Below are positions 28,554-38,696 of a stretch of 64,000 bases of DNA, piece after piece. Location: the NCBI GenBank assembly GCA_963675595.2, contig CAXXLZ010000001.1, positions 768,001-832,000 of the forward strand, read 5' to 3'. The position numbers and the translations under genes are program-made. The stretch is from Thermodesulfobacteriota bacterium (lineage in GTDB: Bacteria > Desulfobacterota > Desulfarculia > JACQYL01). The first letter of the stretch is position 1; each line of letters opens with the position of its first letter. Below the pieces are notes generated by a model that did not search any database, had not been told where the DNA came from, and worked only from the letters and a program-made list of their open reading frames with translations.

Positions 28554-29537
28554 CTATTTCACGCTCAAGACGTTTCGGGCCGCTTTGGTGATCCGTTGCG
28601 CATCGGGGAGGTAGTCGTTCTCCCTTGCGAACAGAGGAATCACGATATCGAAGCCCGTGACGCGGGCAATGGGGGCCTCCAGATAGAAGAAAGCCTTTTC
28701 CATGATTCGGGTGATAATCTCCGCACCCGGTCCAAAGCTCCTGGGAGCTTCGTGAACGATCACGGCCCTTCCGGTCTTGCGTACCGATTCGGCGATCGGC
28801 TCGTCGTCCAGGGGAGAAATCGTCAGCAGATCGATGACCTCACATTCCACACCGTCGGATTCCTTCAGTTGCTCGGCCGCTTCGAGGGTAGGGCGCATCA
28901 TGGCCCCGTAGGCCACCATGGTCAGGTCCTTTCCTTCCCGGACAACTCGGGGCTTCCCGATGGGGAAAGTCTCCTCTTCTTCGGGGACCTCTTCCCTGAA
29001 TGCTCGATACACAGCCTTGGGTTCGTAAAAAATTACCGGGTCGGGGTCCCGGATGGCGCTGATAAGTAGAGATCGGGCGATTCTCGGGCCGGACGGGATC
29101 ACCATTTTGAGGCCGGGCGTATGAGCCCAATAGGCTTCGCGGCTCTCGGAATGGTGCTCAAGGGCGCGTACGCCCCCACCGTAGGGCGTCCTCAATACCA
29201 TGGGAACCTGATATTTCCCCTGGGAGCGTCTTCGGATGCGGGCGGCGTGGCTTTCCAGTTGATGGAAATTCTCATAAGTGAAACCCGAAAACTGAATTTC
29301 ACAGATCGGCCGCAGGCCATAGATCGCCATGCCGATGGACATGCCGACAATGCCTGATTCAGCCAAGGGTGTGTCCATGACCCGATTTTCCCCGAACTTC
29401 CCGACAAGGCCCTCCGTGACCCGGAAAACCCCCTCGTCTCTGCCCACGTCCTCGCCGAGGAGGATGACACGGTCGTCTTTTTCCATCTCCTGATGCAACG
29501 CCAAATTGATCGCCTGGACCATGTTCATTTTAGCCAT
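28554..29537 (-). CDS. pdhB: 2-oxoacid dehydrogenase E1 beta subunit
   Basis: GEDVG..GVFRVT, DTPLAESGI, EIQF, ALEHHSES. Confidence 0.93.
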   Translation of the reverse strand: MAKMNMVQAINLALHQEMEKDDRVILLGEDVGRDEGVFRVTEGLVGKFGENRVMDTPLAESGIVGMSIGMAIYGLRPICEIQFSGFTYENFHQLESHAARIRRRSQGKYQVPMVLRTPYGGGVRALEHHSESREAYWAHTPGLKMVIPSGPRIARSLLISAIRDPDPVIFYEPKAVYRAFREEVPEEEETFPIGKPRVVREGKDLTMVAYGAMMRPTLEAAEQLKESDGVECEVIDLLTISPLDDEPIAESVRKTGRAVIVHEAPRSFGPGAEIITRIMEKAFFYLEAPIARVTGFDIVIPLFARENDYLPDAQRITKAARNVLSVK

Positions 29538-30636
29538 GATCAGCCTCCTGCCTGCGCTCACTCAGCTCCCGGGAAAGCTCTTCTTTTTGCTCTTCGAGGG
29601 CGGGAGTCAACTCTTGGAAGGTATGGAGAAACATGTCGAGCGGGTCTCCGGAGTCTTTCATCATCTTCTCCGAATGCTCCACCGCGGTCTGGATTTCGGC
29701 CTTGATCTCTTCTTCGATCCCTTCGATGTCCTTGTCGGTAAGAAGCCCCTTGTTCTTCAGGTAGGTCTGATATCGAACGATGGGATCCTTCTTTTTCCAT
29801 TCGTTCACTTCGTCTTCGGACCGGTACCTTTTGGGATCGTCGGCGGTGGTGTGCATCATGATTCGGTAGGTCTCACATTCGATCAAAGTGGGGCCTTCTC
29901 CTTTGCGGGCCCTATCCACCGCTTCACCCACGGCGGTGTAAACCGCGAGGATATCGTTTCCGTCCACTTGGATGCCGGGTATGCCGTAGGCAATGGCCTT
30001 CTGTGCCAAAGTCTTGGAGCGGGTCTGTTTGGACCGGGGCACGGAAATCGCCCACTGGTTGTTTTGGCAAACGAAAATCACCGGGAGCGTGAAAACGCCG
30101 GCGAAATTCATGGCTTCGTGAAAATCCCCTTCCGAGGTGGCGCCGTCGCCGAAGAAAGTCATGGCCACGGAGTCCTTCTCACGATATTTCATTCCCCAAG
30201 CCAAACCAACGGCGTGGAGAGTCTGGCTTCCTACCGGCACGGCTATGGGAAGGTCGTTGCGATCGTCCTCGGGCCTTCCTCCTTCGTCATACCCGGCAAA
30301 ATAGAGGAGTGCGGAAGCAGGGTCTTTGCCGCGCCAGGTCTCCGCCAGGCTTTCCCTGAAGCACGGCACCATCCAGTCATCCCTGCGGAGATGAACCGCG
30401 GCTCCCAGTTGCGCCGCCTCCTGGCCCGAAATAGGGGCGAAAGTCCCGATCCGGCCTTGTCGCTGCAGGTTCAAGAGGCGTTCGTCGAATCTTCTTCCGG
30501 ACAGCATGGCCCTATGCATCTTAAGCAGAAAGTCGTCCGGGATGTCGGGCTCCAGGGATTGATCCAATTCTCCATGTTCGTCCAGAATGGACAAACGCTC
30601 CACCCGGCAGGGCAGATCGATTTCCGTCCTCGGCAT
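29530..30636 (-). CDS. pdhA: 2-oxoacid dehydrogenase E1 alpha subunit
   Basis: ThDP motif GDGATSEGDFHE...QNN, HTTADD, LQRQGRIG. Confidence 0.93.
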   Translation of the reverse strand: MPRTEIDLPCRVERLSILDEHGELDQSLEPDIPDDFLLKMHRAMLSGRRFDERLLNLQRQGRIGTFAPISGQEAAQLGAAVHLRRDDWMVPCFRESLAETWRGKDPASALLYFAGYDEGGRPEDDRNDLPIAVPVGSQTLHAVGLAWGMKYREKDSVAMTFFGDGATSEGDFHEAMNFAGVFTLPVIFVCQNNQWAISVPRSKQTRSKTLAQKAIAYGIPGIQVDGNDILAVYTAVGEAVDRARKGEGPTLIECETYRIMMHTTADDPKRYRSEDEVNEWKKKDPIVRYQTYLKNKGLLTDKDIEGIEEEIKAEIQTAVEHSEKMMKDSGDPLDMFLHTFQELTPALEEQKEELSRELSERRQEADHG

Positions 30637-31154
30637 TCCTGATCTCCTTCACTACCGTTAAAGGGAATCTTGTTTGTGAGCGCTGCAAACGGGAGGCCCG
30701 TTCTCGGAAAGTCTCTTCAATAGGCCTCACCGCGCAGGCATCGCGAACGGATTCGGTAATACCTCTCGTATTCAGCTGAACAACACGGCCGGCGTTACCA
30801 CAGGGTATGATATTTCGTATGACGCGTTCAAATACGAGTTCATCGAAACTCCCTCGCATACTTCTTAAAGGGCCGGTCCGATGGAAATCTCCGATATCTT
30901 GTCCGACAAGGGTGTCAGGTTTCTCTCGTGGTGTCCATCAGGCGGAGAACCCATTTTCCGGGCGGGAGCGCTCTTCGGAACAGTAGGGGGGATTATCTCC
31001 CTCGCTGCAAGGCTCTGCATCTTCCGATCGATGAAATATTTTTCCCTTTTTTCTTTCAAAACGTAGCCCTGCACATAAATAGTCTTTATAGTATATCGTC
31101 TAGACTGATATCTGAGAGACAACCCGTTCGCCATTGAACTTCTTCGGGCCCGCT

Positions 31155-33395
31155 ATGGAAGAAACTCGGAAAAGCACAATCGGATTTGTAGATAAGCTGA
31201 TTGCTCTACTGGATCGAATCGGCCCACAATCGGAAGAAATGGGCGCCGGTAAGCGGGGAAACTCTCTGCAGTACTGGCGAGAGCGCATTCTTTTCTCAAC
31301 TCTTCGTGTAGCCCTCGTTCTTGCCCCCTTCGTTTATGTACCCGGTGTTGTTTTCGGCGTAGTCAACGGCAGGTGGGGGGTCGTCATCGTCGATTCAGTG
31401 GTCCTCGCTTGGCTGATCCTGATTGTTCTGTCCAAAGGCGTGTCATATTCTTTTAGAGCCGGGAGCATGATGTGCTCCATCTATGTTTTAGGCATCTATC
31501 TGATTCATGCAGTGGGCATGAAGAGCGCAGGCCTGGCGTGGATCTTTGCCTTTCCCATATTCGGAGGACTGTTCTTCGGTCTGAGGATCGCCCTGGTCGC
31601 ACTGATCCTTAATTTTTCCGCCCTGTTCGGTTTTGGTCTGATGATGAACCTGACCTCATGGAGTCCGATGCGTTCTCTTTCCACCGGCCAGTGGGCGATT
31701 ATGAGTGCGAACATGCTCTTCCTGAACGCGGTTGCCGCCATTTCCGTGGCGGTGTTGGTACGGGGGCTGGAGTTTTCTCTTCGCAAAGAGCAGTCCGCTT
31801 TGAAGGAACTTTCCATGGAACGATCGCAGCTTCGAGAGTCGGAGCGGAAGTACCGTCTGGTGGTTGAGCACGCCAACGAGGCCATCTTCATCGCCCAGGA
31901 CGGGTTGATCAAGTTTCCCAATCCTTCGGCACCCAGGATTACAGGCTATACTTATGAGCAACTCGGCCGAACGCCTTTTATCGAACTGATACATCCGGAA
32001 GACCGATCAATGGTTACGGAACGGCATGCACGCCGTCTCAGAGGAGAGATCGTTCCGGACAACTACGCTTTCCGGGTATTATCCAGTTCCCGGGATGTTC
32101 GCTGGGTGACCATCAACGCGGTAGCCACGACATGGGAAGGGAAACCGGCGACCCTGAATTTCATCCGAGACATTACGGATCAAAAACAACTTGAATCGCA
32201 ACTGCTGCAGGCCCGGAAGATGGAAGCAGTGGGGTCCCTGGCCGGCGGCATCGCGCATGACTTCAACAACATTTTGGCGGCCATGTTGGGTTATGCGGAG
32301 TTGGCCTTCCAAGACGTGGCTCCGGAGAGCAGGGCGCGGAACGGTCTCACAGAGCTTCTCAAAGCCGGTGAGCGGGCGACATCCCTGGTCAGGCAGCTTC
32401 TCACCTTCGGCCGAAGAACGGAATATGAGCGCAAGCCCATTCGGATCGGCGAACTCGTCCAGGAGGCCCTTGAACTTGTGGGGGCACTCATTCCTTCGAC
32501 CATCCGGATCAAAGAAGAGCTTGACTTGGACGCGGGCATTGTTGAAGCCGATCCCACACAGATTCATCAAGTGATTGTCAATCTGTGCACGAACGCGGCT
32601 CACGCTATGAAAGAGGATGGGGGCATTCTCACCGTGGCGGTGCGGAATGCGAGCGGGCTGCGGGATAAGGGCGCCGGGCCTCTCGCGGTGCAGCCGGGAG
32701 ACTACGCCGAGGTTATGGTGGAGGATACGGGAAAGGGAATGCCTCCTGAAGTGATGGAACGGATTTTCGAGCCGTATTACAGCACCAAATCCGGGGGGGA
32801 AGGCAGCGGATTGGGCTTGGCCGTGGTGCACGGTGTCGTGAAAAGCCACGGGGGTGGTATCGAGATTTCCAGTGAAGTGGGAAAAGGTACGAGAGTGAAC
32901 GTGTACTTTCCATTGAGCAGACAGGTGGAAGAGGTTCAAACGGAGTCAAACTTGGAGCTTCCTCCCCCCCGCGGCGGTGCGGAACGGGTCCTTTACGTGG
33001 ACGATGAACCGGCCATTGCCGATGTGGGCAAGCAGATGTTGGAGCGGTTGGGTTACCACGTGACGGCGAAGACCCACAGCGGGGATGCGCTCCGGACCTT
33101 TGTGTCGGCGCCGGCGGACTTCGATCTGGTCATCACGGATATTACCATGCCGGGACTGACCGGGGAGAAGCTTGCCGAGGAAATCATGAGAGTTCGACCG
33201 GACATACCGGTCATTCTCTGCACCGGTTACAGTGAACGGGTTTCCGAGGAGTTCGCCGAGCGACTGGGCGTAAGAAGGCTGATGATGAAGCCTTTCACCA
33301 TTAAGGACCTCGGGCTCGCGATCGGGGAAGTGCTTGGAAAGGACGTGCCCGGACGCAAAGATAACCGTGTGAAGATGACTCCTACAAAGGAGTGA
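31155..33395 (+). CDS. Membrane-bound PAS hybrid sensor kinase (CckA-like architecture)
   Basis: Multiple TM segments, PAS domain, H-box AGGIAHDFNN, HATPase, C-terminal REC. Confidence 0.92.
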   Translation: MEETRKSTIGFVDKLIALLDRIGPQSEEMGAGKRGNSLQYWRERILFSTLRVALVLAPFVYVPGVVFGVVNGRWGVVIVDSVVLAWLILIVLSKGVSYSFRAGSMMCSIYVLGIYLIHAVGMKSAGLAWIFAFPIFGGLFFGLRIALVALILNFSALFGFGLMMNLTSWSPMRSLSTGQWAIMSANMLFLNAVAAISVAVLVRGLEFSLRKEQSALKELSMERSQLRESERKYRLVVEHANEAIFIAQDGLIKFPNPSAPRITGYTYEQLGRTPFIELIHPEDRSMVTERHARRLRGEIVPDNYAFRVLSSSRDVRWVTINAVATTWEGKPATLNFIRDITDQKQLESQLLQARKMEAVGSLAGGIAHDFNNILAAMLGYAELAFQDVAPESRARNGLTELLKAGERATSLVRQLLTFGRRTEYERKPIRIGELVQEALELVGALIPSTIRIKEELDLDAGIVEADPTQIHQVIVNLCTNAAHAMKEDGGILTVAVRNASGLRDKGAGPLAVQPGDYAEVMVEDTGKGMPPEVMERIFEPYYSTKSGGEGSGLGLAVVHGVVKSHGGGIEISSEVGKGTRVNVYFPLSRQVEEVQTESNLELPPPRGGAERVLYVDDEPAIADVGKQMLERLGYHVTAKTHSGDALRTFVSAPADFDLVITDITMPGLTGEKLAEEIMRVRPDIPVILCTGYSERVSEEFAERLGVRRLMMKPFTIKDLGLAIGEVLGKDVPGRKDNRVKMTPTKE

Positions 33396-33487
33396 TCCCG
33401 CTCGCATCGTTTTCGGCTTCGTGGTTGACGGAGTTTTTGTTTCATCCGCTCCGAACCGGTTCAGAAGGGCCCTTCCGGGCGCAGGGT

Positions 33488-34114
33488 TCAGCTGTGACGT
33501 TGCGCTCCGGCCGATTTGACGAATTGTTCGAGAACGGAATAGGAACGGGCCCCGACAAGGACCTTGCCTTCGGCGACGAAGGTCGGAACGGCCCGGATTC
33601 TCATGAGTCCGGATCGGTTCCAGTCCGCGTCCACCTTCATCCTGTATTTATCATCGGAGAGCGCTTTGGCTGCTTCGTTCTCGGACCTACCCAATGAGCG
33701 GACGATTTCCAGCAACACAGGTATCTTAGCGATATTCCGTCCGTGCACGAAATAGGCCCGAAAAACGGCCGAGTGGTAATCCTCCCCCCAACCTTGCTCC
33801 TCGGCCCATTTGCCCAGTTCGGAAGCTCTCCTGGTATTGAAGGTCATGGCTCTCTCGCCGAAGGGCAGGCCCGCTTCGTCGGCCGCCGATTTTAGTTTGG
33901 CGAGCATCTCGTTAATGTTCATGTCCCGTCCCTGAAAGAGCCGGGTCAAAGTCCAGCCTTCCTCGGGGATCTCGGGGTGAAGCGGGAAGGCCACCCATCG
34001 GACCGCCACGGAGTATTCATTCTTCAGCCGTTCAATACGCCCGGTACTGAAGTAACACCAAGGTCAGATGTAGTCGGAAAATACTTCCAAGGTTGTCGGA
34101 CTTTTCATCGTCAT
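33488..34114 (-). CDS. DsbA/FrnE-family thiol-disulfide oxidoreductase, selenoprotein (in-frame UGA at 34064-34066, UxxC motif)
   Basis: Readthrough gives MTMKSPTTLEVFSDYI-U-PWCYFSTGRIERLKNEYSVAVRWVAFPLHPE..., which matches the FrnE 'SD..CPWC' motif. The cis-Pro motif AVPTF lies downstream. Confidence 0.85.
34031..34051 (-). promoter_or_regulatory. Candidate bacterial SECIS hairpin
   Basis: mRNA UUCAGUAC-CGGGC-GUAUUGAA: an 8-bp stem with a G-rich apical loop, starting 12 nt after the UGA. Confidence 0.7.
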
Positions 34115-34458
34115 GCCTTTGTGAGATGCTGAGGTCGTTTGCCGGCTAGTGAGCGGCCGAACGTCGGTCGTCGAGACGTATTCGGTCGGAATGCCTCCAT
34201 TGGCGATCGCCGTGCAAATCACGTCGGGCGGTTGGAACCCTTTCGACGTCTTCGGGAAACCGCCGCATGGACCGTGGCGAGCCCGATTCGCCGGTGCTTG
34301 AACAGGATAGTCCACGCTCTGAGAACATGGCAAGCGGACTAGCCTCGTCTCATTTCCGAAGGGCGAAATCGTCGGCGTCACGGATCGCCGAGAAGTCCCG
34401 GCGCGCCGGATTCCATCGAGGTCATAAGGCATAGGAGTCTTATTCGGAGGGGAGGGTT

Positions 34459-35601
34459 TTGAGAAAATACCATTGGATTCATACAAGCGAATTTCCTCCT
34501 TTAGACGGTTTGGAAAGTCTTGTGCTGTTCGGTGCGGGAAAAGGCTCCGAGGAAGCGCTGGACTATTTGTCCGTATTGGGTGAGCGGCATCGGGTGCGGG
34601 CCGTGGCGGATAACGATGCTTCCATGTGGGGCAGGGAGTTGTTGGGAGTTCCCATCGTCAGTCCCTCGAAGCTGAAGGAGTTTCGCGAAGTCGTAGTCAT
34701 TGTTACGTCGATATCGGGGAGAGATGATATATCCCGACAGCTCTGCCGTATGGGTTTAGTGGAGGGAGAGCATTTTTTCGCGGTGGGAAGGTATCCGGTG
34801 GACGTTGTCACTCAGCTTGAAGAGCTCTATCGGAGCCATCTGCAAACCTCCATGCTTTCTGAGGTCGGGAGCTTGGTTCAAGTGGGTTCCGGCGGGTTTC
34901 TCGGGCTCGAAGCCTGTCTGGCCGCTTTGTGGGCGGAACGGGTTGATGCGGTGGATGCCTATCGTTTCAATATCTCGTATCCGGACGTGACTCCTCAATT
35001 GGAGGAATTTGAGGATTGTCTGACGCTGCTCCGGAAGTTCATCGATCGTCATGATCTGGACGGTGAACGAGCGCTGCGTCGCTGGAATACATGTTTCGTA
35101 AAGAACGAAGGGAAAACGACTCTAAGACGAAGCAGGATCGGATTTCATCATCCTTTCCGCTTCTCCTCCCTTCCTTTTGCCGAAAATAGCGTGGACGCCG
35201 TAGTCTCCATGGCCGTTCTGGAACACGTGCGAAAGCCGAGAGAGGCGGTCTACGAGTCCAAACGAATCCTGAAGCCGGGTGGATGGGGATACCACAGGAT
35301 CGTCACCAGGGATCACGCGAGCTTCGGCAAGGTGAAGGGGTACACGCCTTTGTCCTTCAGGGTATATTCGCCCGAAGAATGGGACGACATCAGCTCGAGG
35401 AAGTTCAACCAGAATCGATTGGCTCCCTGGCAATGGGAACAACTGTTCAGGGAGGCGGGATTCGAGATTTCGAGTTACGAGGTGCTGGATCGTTACATTC
35501 CCTCGGAAGAAGAGCTTTCCGAATTCCACGACGAGTTCCGGCGCTGGCCCCGCGACCGGCAGGTGGAAGTGGATTGTGCTCTAGTGGTCCGAAAGCCCTG
35601 A
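34459..35601 (+). CDS. Class I SAM methyltransferase-like protein with N-terminal Rossmann-like domain
   Basis: VLFGAGKG, VQVGSGG, SMAVLEHV...RILKPGG; GGAGG RBS before a TTG start. Confidence 0.7.
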   Translation: MRKYHWIHTSEFPPLDGLESLVLFGAGKGSEEALDYLSVLGERHRVRAVADNDASMWGRELLGVPIVSPSKLKEFREVVVIVTSISGRDDISRQLCRMGLVEGEHFFAVGRYPVDVVTQLEELYRSHLQTSMLSEVGSLVQVGSGGFLGLEACLAALWAERVDAVDAYRFNISYPDVTPQLEEFEDCLTLLRKFIDRHDLDGERALRRWNTCFVKNEGKTTLRRSRIGFHHPFRFSSLPFAENSVDAVVSMAVLEHVRKPREAVYESKRILKPGGWGYHRIVTRDHASFGKVKGYTPLSFRVYSPEEWDDISSRKFNQNRLAPWQWEQLFREAGFEISSYEVLDRYIPSEEELSEFHDEFRRWPRDRQVEVDCALVVRKP

Positions 35602-35629
35602 ACAACCGAACGTCCATTGCACGACGAAA

Positions 35630-37285
35630 TCACTCCGTATCGGCCGGTGCCTCTCGCTCCCAATAAGGCTGAATCAGGTCCTCGAAGATGCTCATGGCGG
35701 CCTCGGCGCCTTGCCCCGCGGCGGTCACAATTTGTTTGTATCCGCCTTCCACGTCCCCTGCGGTATAAATGCCGGGAAGAGAAGTACGGTGTTTCGCATC
35801 GCGTTGGACGTAACCTTCCGACGTGAGTTCGAGTCCGAGCTTCTTGGCTAGGGCGTTCTCGGGTTCGTAGCCGATTGCAACGAACACTCCGTCCACTTCC
35901 TTCACCGAAACTTCCTGTGTGGCGTTGTTGAAAAGCTCCACTTCGGTGACTCGGTTCTTGCCTCGAATTTCCCGTATCTCGGTATTGTAGAGTATGGGGA
36001 TGTCGTTGCCGGTCAGGTTGGCCGTCAGGTGTTCTTGAGCGCGCAGCCGATCCCTCCGATGAACCAATGTGACGTCGACCCCGATGTTCTTCAAGTGCAA
36101 AGCCTCGGTGGCGGCGCTGTTGCCTCCCCCCACGATAACAACTCTCTTGCCCTTGAAAAGGGGACCGTCGCAGGTACTGCAGTAGCTGACCCCTCGTCCT
36201 GAGAGTCGGTTCTCTCCTTTGGCGCCGAGCCGACGGTGATGAGCGCCCGTGGCCAACAGAACCATTTTGGTGAGGAAGCGACGCCGGTTGGAAAGAACTT
36301 CCATGGGGTGTCCCGGACGAATCTCCATCACTTCTTCCCCCTGGAAGATTTGGACGTATTCCAGAGCATGGCTCACCATAAAGTCGACCAGAGCTTTGCC
36401 TCCCACCTGATTGAATCCCAAATAATTTTCCACGACCGGTGTGGTGGCCACCTGCCCACCAAGAAGACCGCGCTCCAAAAGCACGGCGTTCAGCCCGGCC
36501 CTAACGGCATAAATCGCCGCGGTGAGGCCCGCGGGGCCGCCTCCAACGATCACCAAATCCGTTTCCACCAGATCCGCATCGCTTTCCGGAATGAAAAAAG
36601 TCTTTTCTTCGAGAGAGGTCAGGGAGGAAATGAAGAGTTCCTCAGGTTGTGCGCCCTGTGCGATGAGCACTCCGTCGGAGTGGGTCTGAGGGACACTCTG
36701 AGCGTCATATTCGTCCGCCAGATCCGGGTGTGCCTGAACATCCACAAGTTCCAGAGAGACCAGCTCCGGTTTTTCCACCACGGCCTTGATGGCGTTGACG
36801 GCCTGCTGAGGGCAGTACGGACAGGTTGGGCTGATAAAAACCTTCACGTTTCGTGGGGTGTCCAGTTTCTCGATCACCTTCATCGATTGTTCGCTCAGCT
36901 TACTTTTCCCCATACCCAGCAGCAAAAGAGCCTCAACGAAGGTACGGCCTTCCTCTCCTATGGGAGCGCCCATCCAACGAAAACCATACTGCTCCGGGTT
37001 GATGAGAAAAGTGGGGGAGAAGTCGACATTCCATTTCTCGGCGAGATCGTGATCCAGTGGGAATTCTTCCAGCGCTATCTTCGGAGACAGCTTGGCGAAA
37101 AGCCTCAGTACTTTTCGTGCGGCTTCGTTATAGCCCTCATTTTTGCCCGGAGCGGTGAACAGTGCAATGCGGACTTCACGGGGAAGTTGCTCCAAAATCT
37201 CACCGAGTTGATCACGAAGCTCCTTTTCTTGATGTGAATCATGCGTGTGATGCGCTTCGTGTTGATGTTCGGACCGGTCCGGCAT
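35630..37285 (-). CDS. Thioredoxin reductase fused to N-terminal PDO/AhpF-NTD-like thioredoxin domains
   Basis: CPYC in the N-terminal part; GGGPAG, GRGVSYCSTCDG, GGGNSA, HRRDRLRA, TAGD. Confidence 0.88.
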   Translation of the reverse strand: MPDRSEHQHEAHHTHDSHQEKELRDQLGEILEQLPREVRIALFTAPGKNEGYNEAARKVLRLFAKLSPKIALEEFPLDHDLAEKWNVDFSPTFLINPEQYGFRWMGAPIGEEGRTFVEALLLLGMGKSKLSEQSMKVIEKLDTPRNVKVFISPTCPYCPQQAVNAIKAVVEKPELVSLELVDVQAHPDLADEYDAQSVPQTHSDGVLIAQGAQPEELFISSLTSLEEKTFFIPESDADLVETDLVIVGGGPAGLTAAIYAVRAGLNAVLLERGLLGGQVATTPVVENYLGFNQVGGKALVDFMVSHALEYVQIFQGEEVMEIRPGHPMEVLSNRRRFLTKMVLLATGAHHRRLGAKGENRLSGRGVSYCSTCDGPLFKGKRVVIVGGGNSAATEALHLKNIGVDVTLVHRRDRLRAQEHLTANLTGNDIPILYNTEIREIRGKNRVTEVELFNNATQEVSVKEVDGVFVAIGYEPENALAKKLGLELTSEGYVQRDAKHRTSLPGIYTAGDVEGGYKQIVTAAGQGAEAAMSIFEDLIQPYWEREAPADTE

Positions 37286-37467
37286 GGCTGGGGCTCCTTT
37301 GTGTATGGAAAATCTACTCCAATGGGAATTATACCGGCTGGGTCCCGAGCGTCAAGGGACGCGCATCCATCAGGTATACCAAGGTGTGCGGAGGGCTCGG
37401 AAATCATTCGGGTGGAAGAGGCTTCCATTGGGTAGGAGTCCCTTCCACCAAATTTTCGAGGCTTCGG

Positions 37468-38571
37468 TTATTTTTTCAGCGAGTACTTTTCCGACACGAT
37501 ATCGTAGTAAGGCTTCTCAGAAACGGTGCCCCAAGTGCCAACCTGCTTCTTGAACTTCTCGAAGGCTTCGTTCACTTTGTTCGACATGGCGTCCTTGGCG
37601 GCTTCTTCCTTCAGAGTCTCATGGGCCAGCACCCGGAGCGCGTCGAGAACCTCGGCCGGAAACTGAACCAGTTCCACGTTGTGCTTGTAGATCAGCTCCT
37701 GGAGGGCGGCGCCGTTCTGAGCCTCGAACTCGGACAAACTCCAGAGGTTGGTTTCCATGGCCACCGCGTCGATGATTACCTGCAGGTCCTTAGGTAGGGA
37801 ATCGTAGACTTTCTTATTGAAGATGACCTCGAGCGTTGTGCCGGGTTCATGCCAGCCCGGGTAATAGTAGTATTTGGCCGCTTTGTAGAGACCCAAGCGC
37901 AGGTCGTGCATGGGGCCCACCCACTCCGTCGCGTCGATTACGCCTCTTTCCAAGGAGGTGAAGATTTCCGCCGCAGGGAGAAGCACCACCGTACCTCCCG
38001 CTTTGCTGACCACTTTTCCGCCTAGCCCCGGGATTCTCATCTTGAGGCCTTTGTAGTCGTCGATGGTCTCGATCTTCTTGTTGAACCAGCCGCCCATCTG
38101 GACGCCCGTATTACCTTGGGGTCTGGGAACCAAATTGAAAGGAGCGTAGACCTCTTCCCATAGTTGCAGTCCGCCGCCGCTGTAGAACCAGGTATTCTGG
38201 CCTTGGGGGTTGAAGCCGAAGGGTACGGCGGCAAACCATTGGGCCGCCGGGACCTTTCCCGCCCAGTAGTAGGAAGCTCCGCTGCCCACTTCCACCGTGC
38301 CGTCGGATACGGCGTCAAAAGTCCCCAAAGGCGGGACCAGTTCTCCGCCGGCAAAAACGTGGATTTTGATCCGTCCTTCCGTGGCTTCTTCCAAGCGCCG
38401 GGCGAATCGCTCGGCGCCTTCCTGCAACACGGGGAACTTCGGCGGCCATGTAGTCACCATCTTCCAGTTGTAGGTCTTCTTGGCCCATACGGCCGGTGCC
38501 GAAAGGGTCGTGCCTGCAGCGGCCGCCACCGAGCCTACCGCCGCTTTTTTCAGGAAATCTCGTCGTTCCAT
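37468..38571 (-). CDS. dctP: TRAP transporter solute-binding protein (TakP-like), Tat signal
   Basis: ERRDFLK twin-arginine signal, GNTGVQMGGWF, KMRIPGLGG, YYYPGWHE. Confidence 0.9.
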   Translation of the reverse strand: MERRDFLKKAAVGSVAAAAGTTLSAPAVWAKKTYNWKMVTTWPPKFPVLQEGAERFARRLEEATEGRIKIHVFAGGELVPPLGTFDAVSDGTVEVGSGASYYWAGKVPAAQWFAAVPFGFNPQGQNTWFYSGGGLQLWEEVYAPFNLVPRPQGNTGVQMGGWFNKKIETIDDYKGLKMRIPGLGGKVVSKAGGTVVLLPAAEIFTSLERGVIDATEWVGPMHDLRLGLYKAAKYYYYPGWHEPGTTLEVIFNKKVYDSLPKDLQVIIDAVAMETNLWSLSEFEAQNGAALQELIYKHNVELVQFPAEVLDALRVLAHETLKEEAAKDAMSNKVNEAFEKFKKQVGTWGTVSEKPYYDIVSEKYSLKK

Positions 38572-38696
38572 GGCAATTACCTCCTTCTTCTTGGTGGTGG
38601 AAAAAAAGAAGCAGCCGTTTCTTGCATCGAACGAGCCGGCTCGCATCCTGGAACCAATGGAAAACCGGGCACAAACAGAACTTCGGCCTCAAGTCG

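Noticed and set aside
29506-30642. 378-aa plus-strand ORF
   Set aside because: Antisense to pdhA.
30668-30696. lac-operator-like palindrome (TTGTGAGCGCTGCAA) upstream of pdhA
   Set aside because: Imperfect, single copy, and no LacI-family gene in the window; could simply be a leader hairpin.
34064-34486. 140-aa minus-strand ORF as a separate gene, or the DsbA gene as a pseudogene
   Set aside because: Only its last 16 codons look coding; they are the selenoprotein N-terminus before the recoded UGA.
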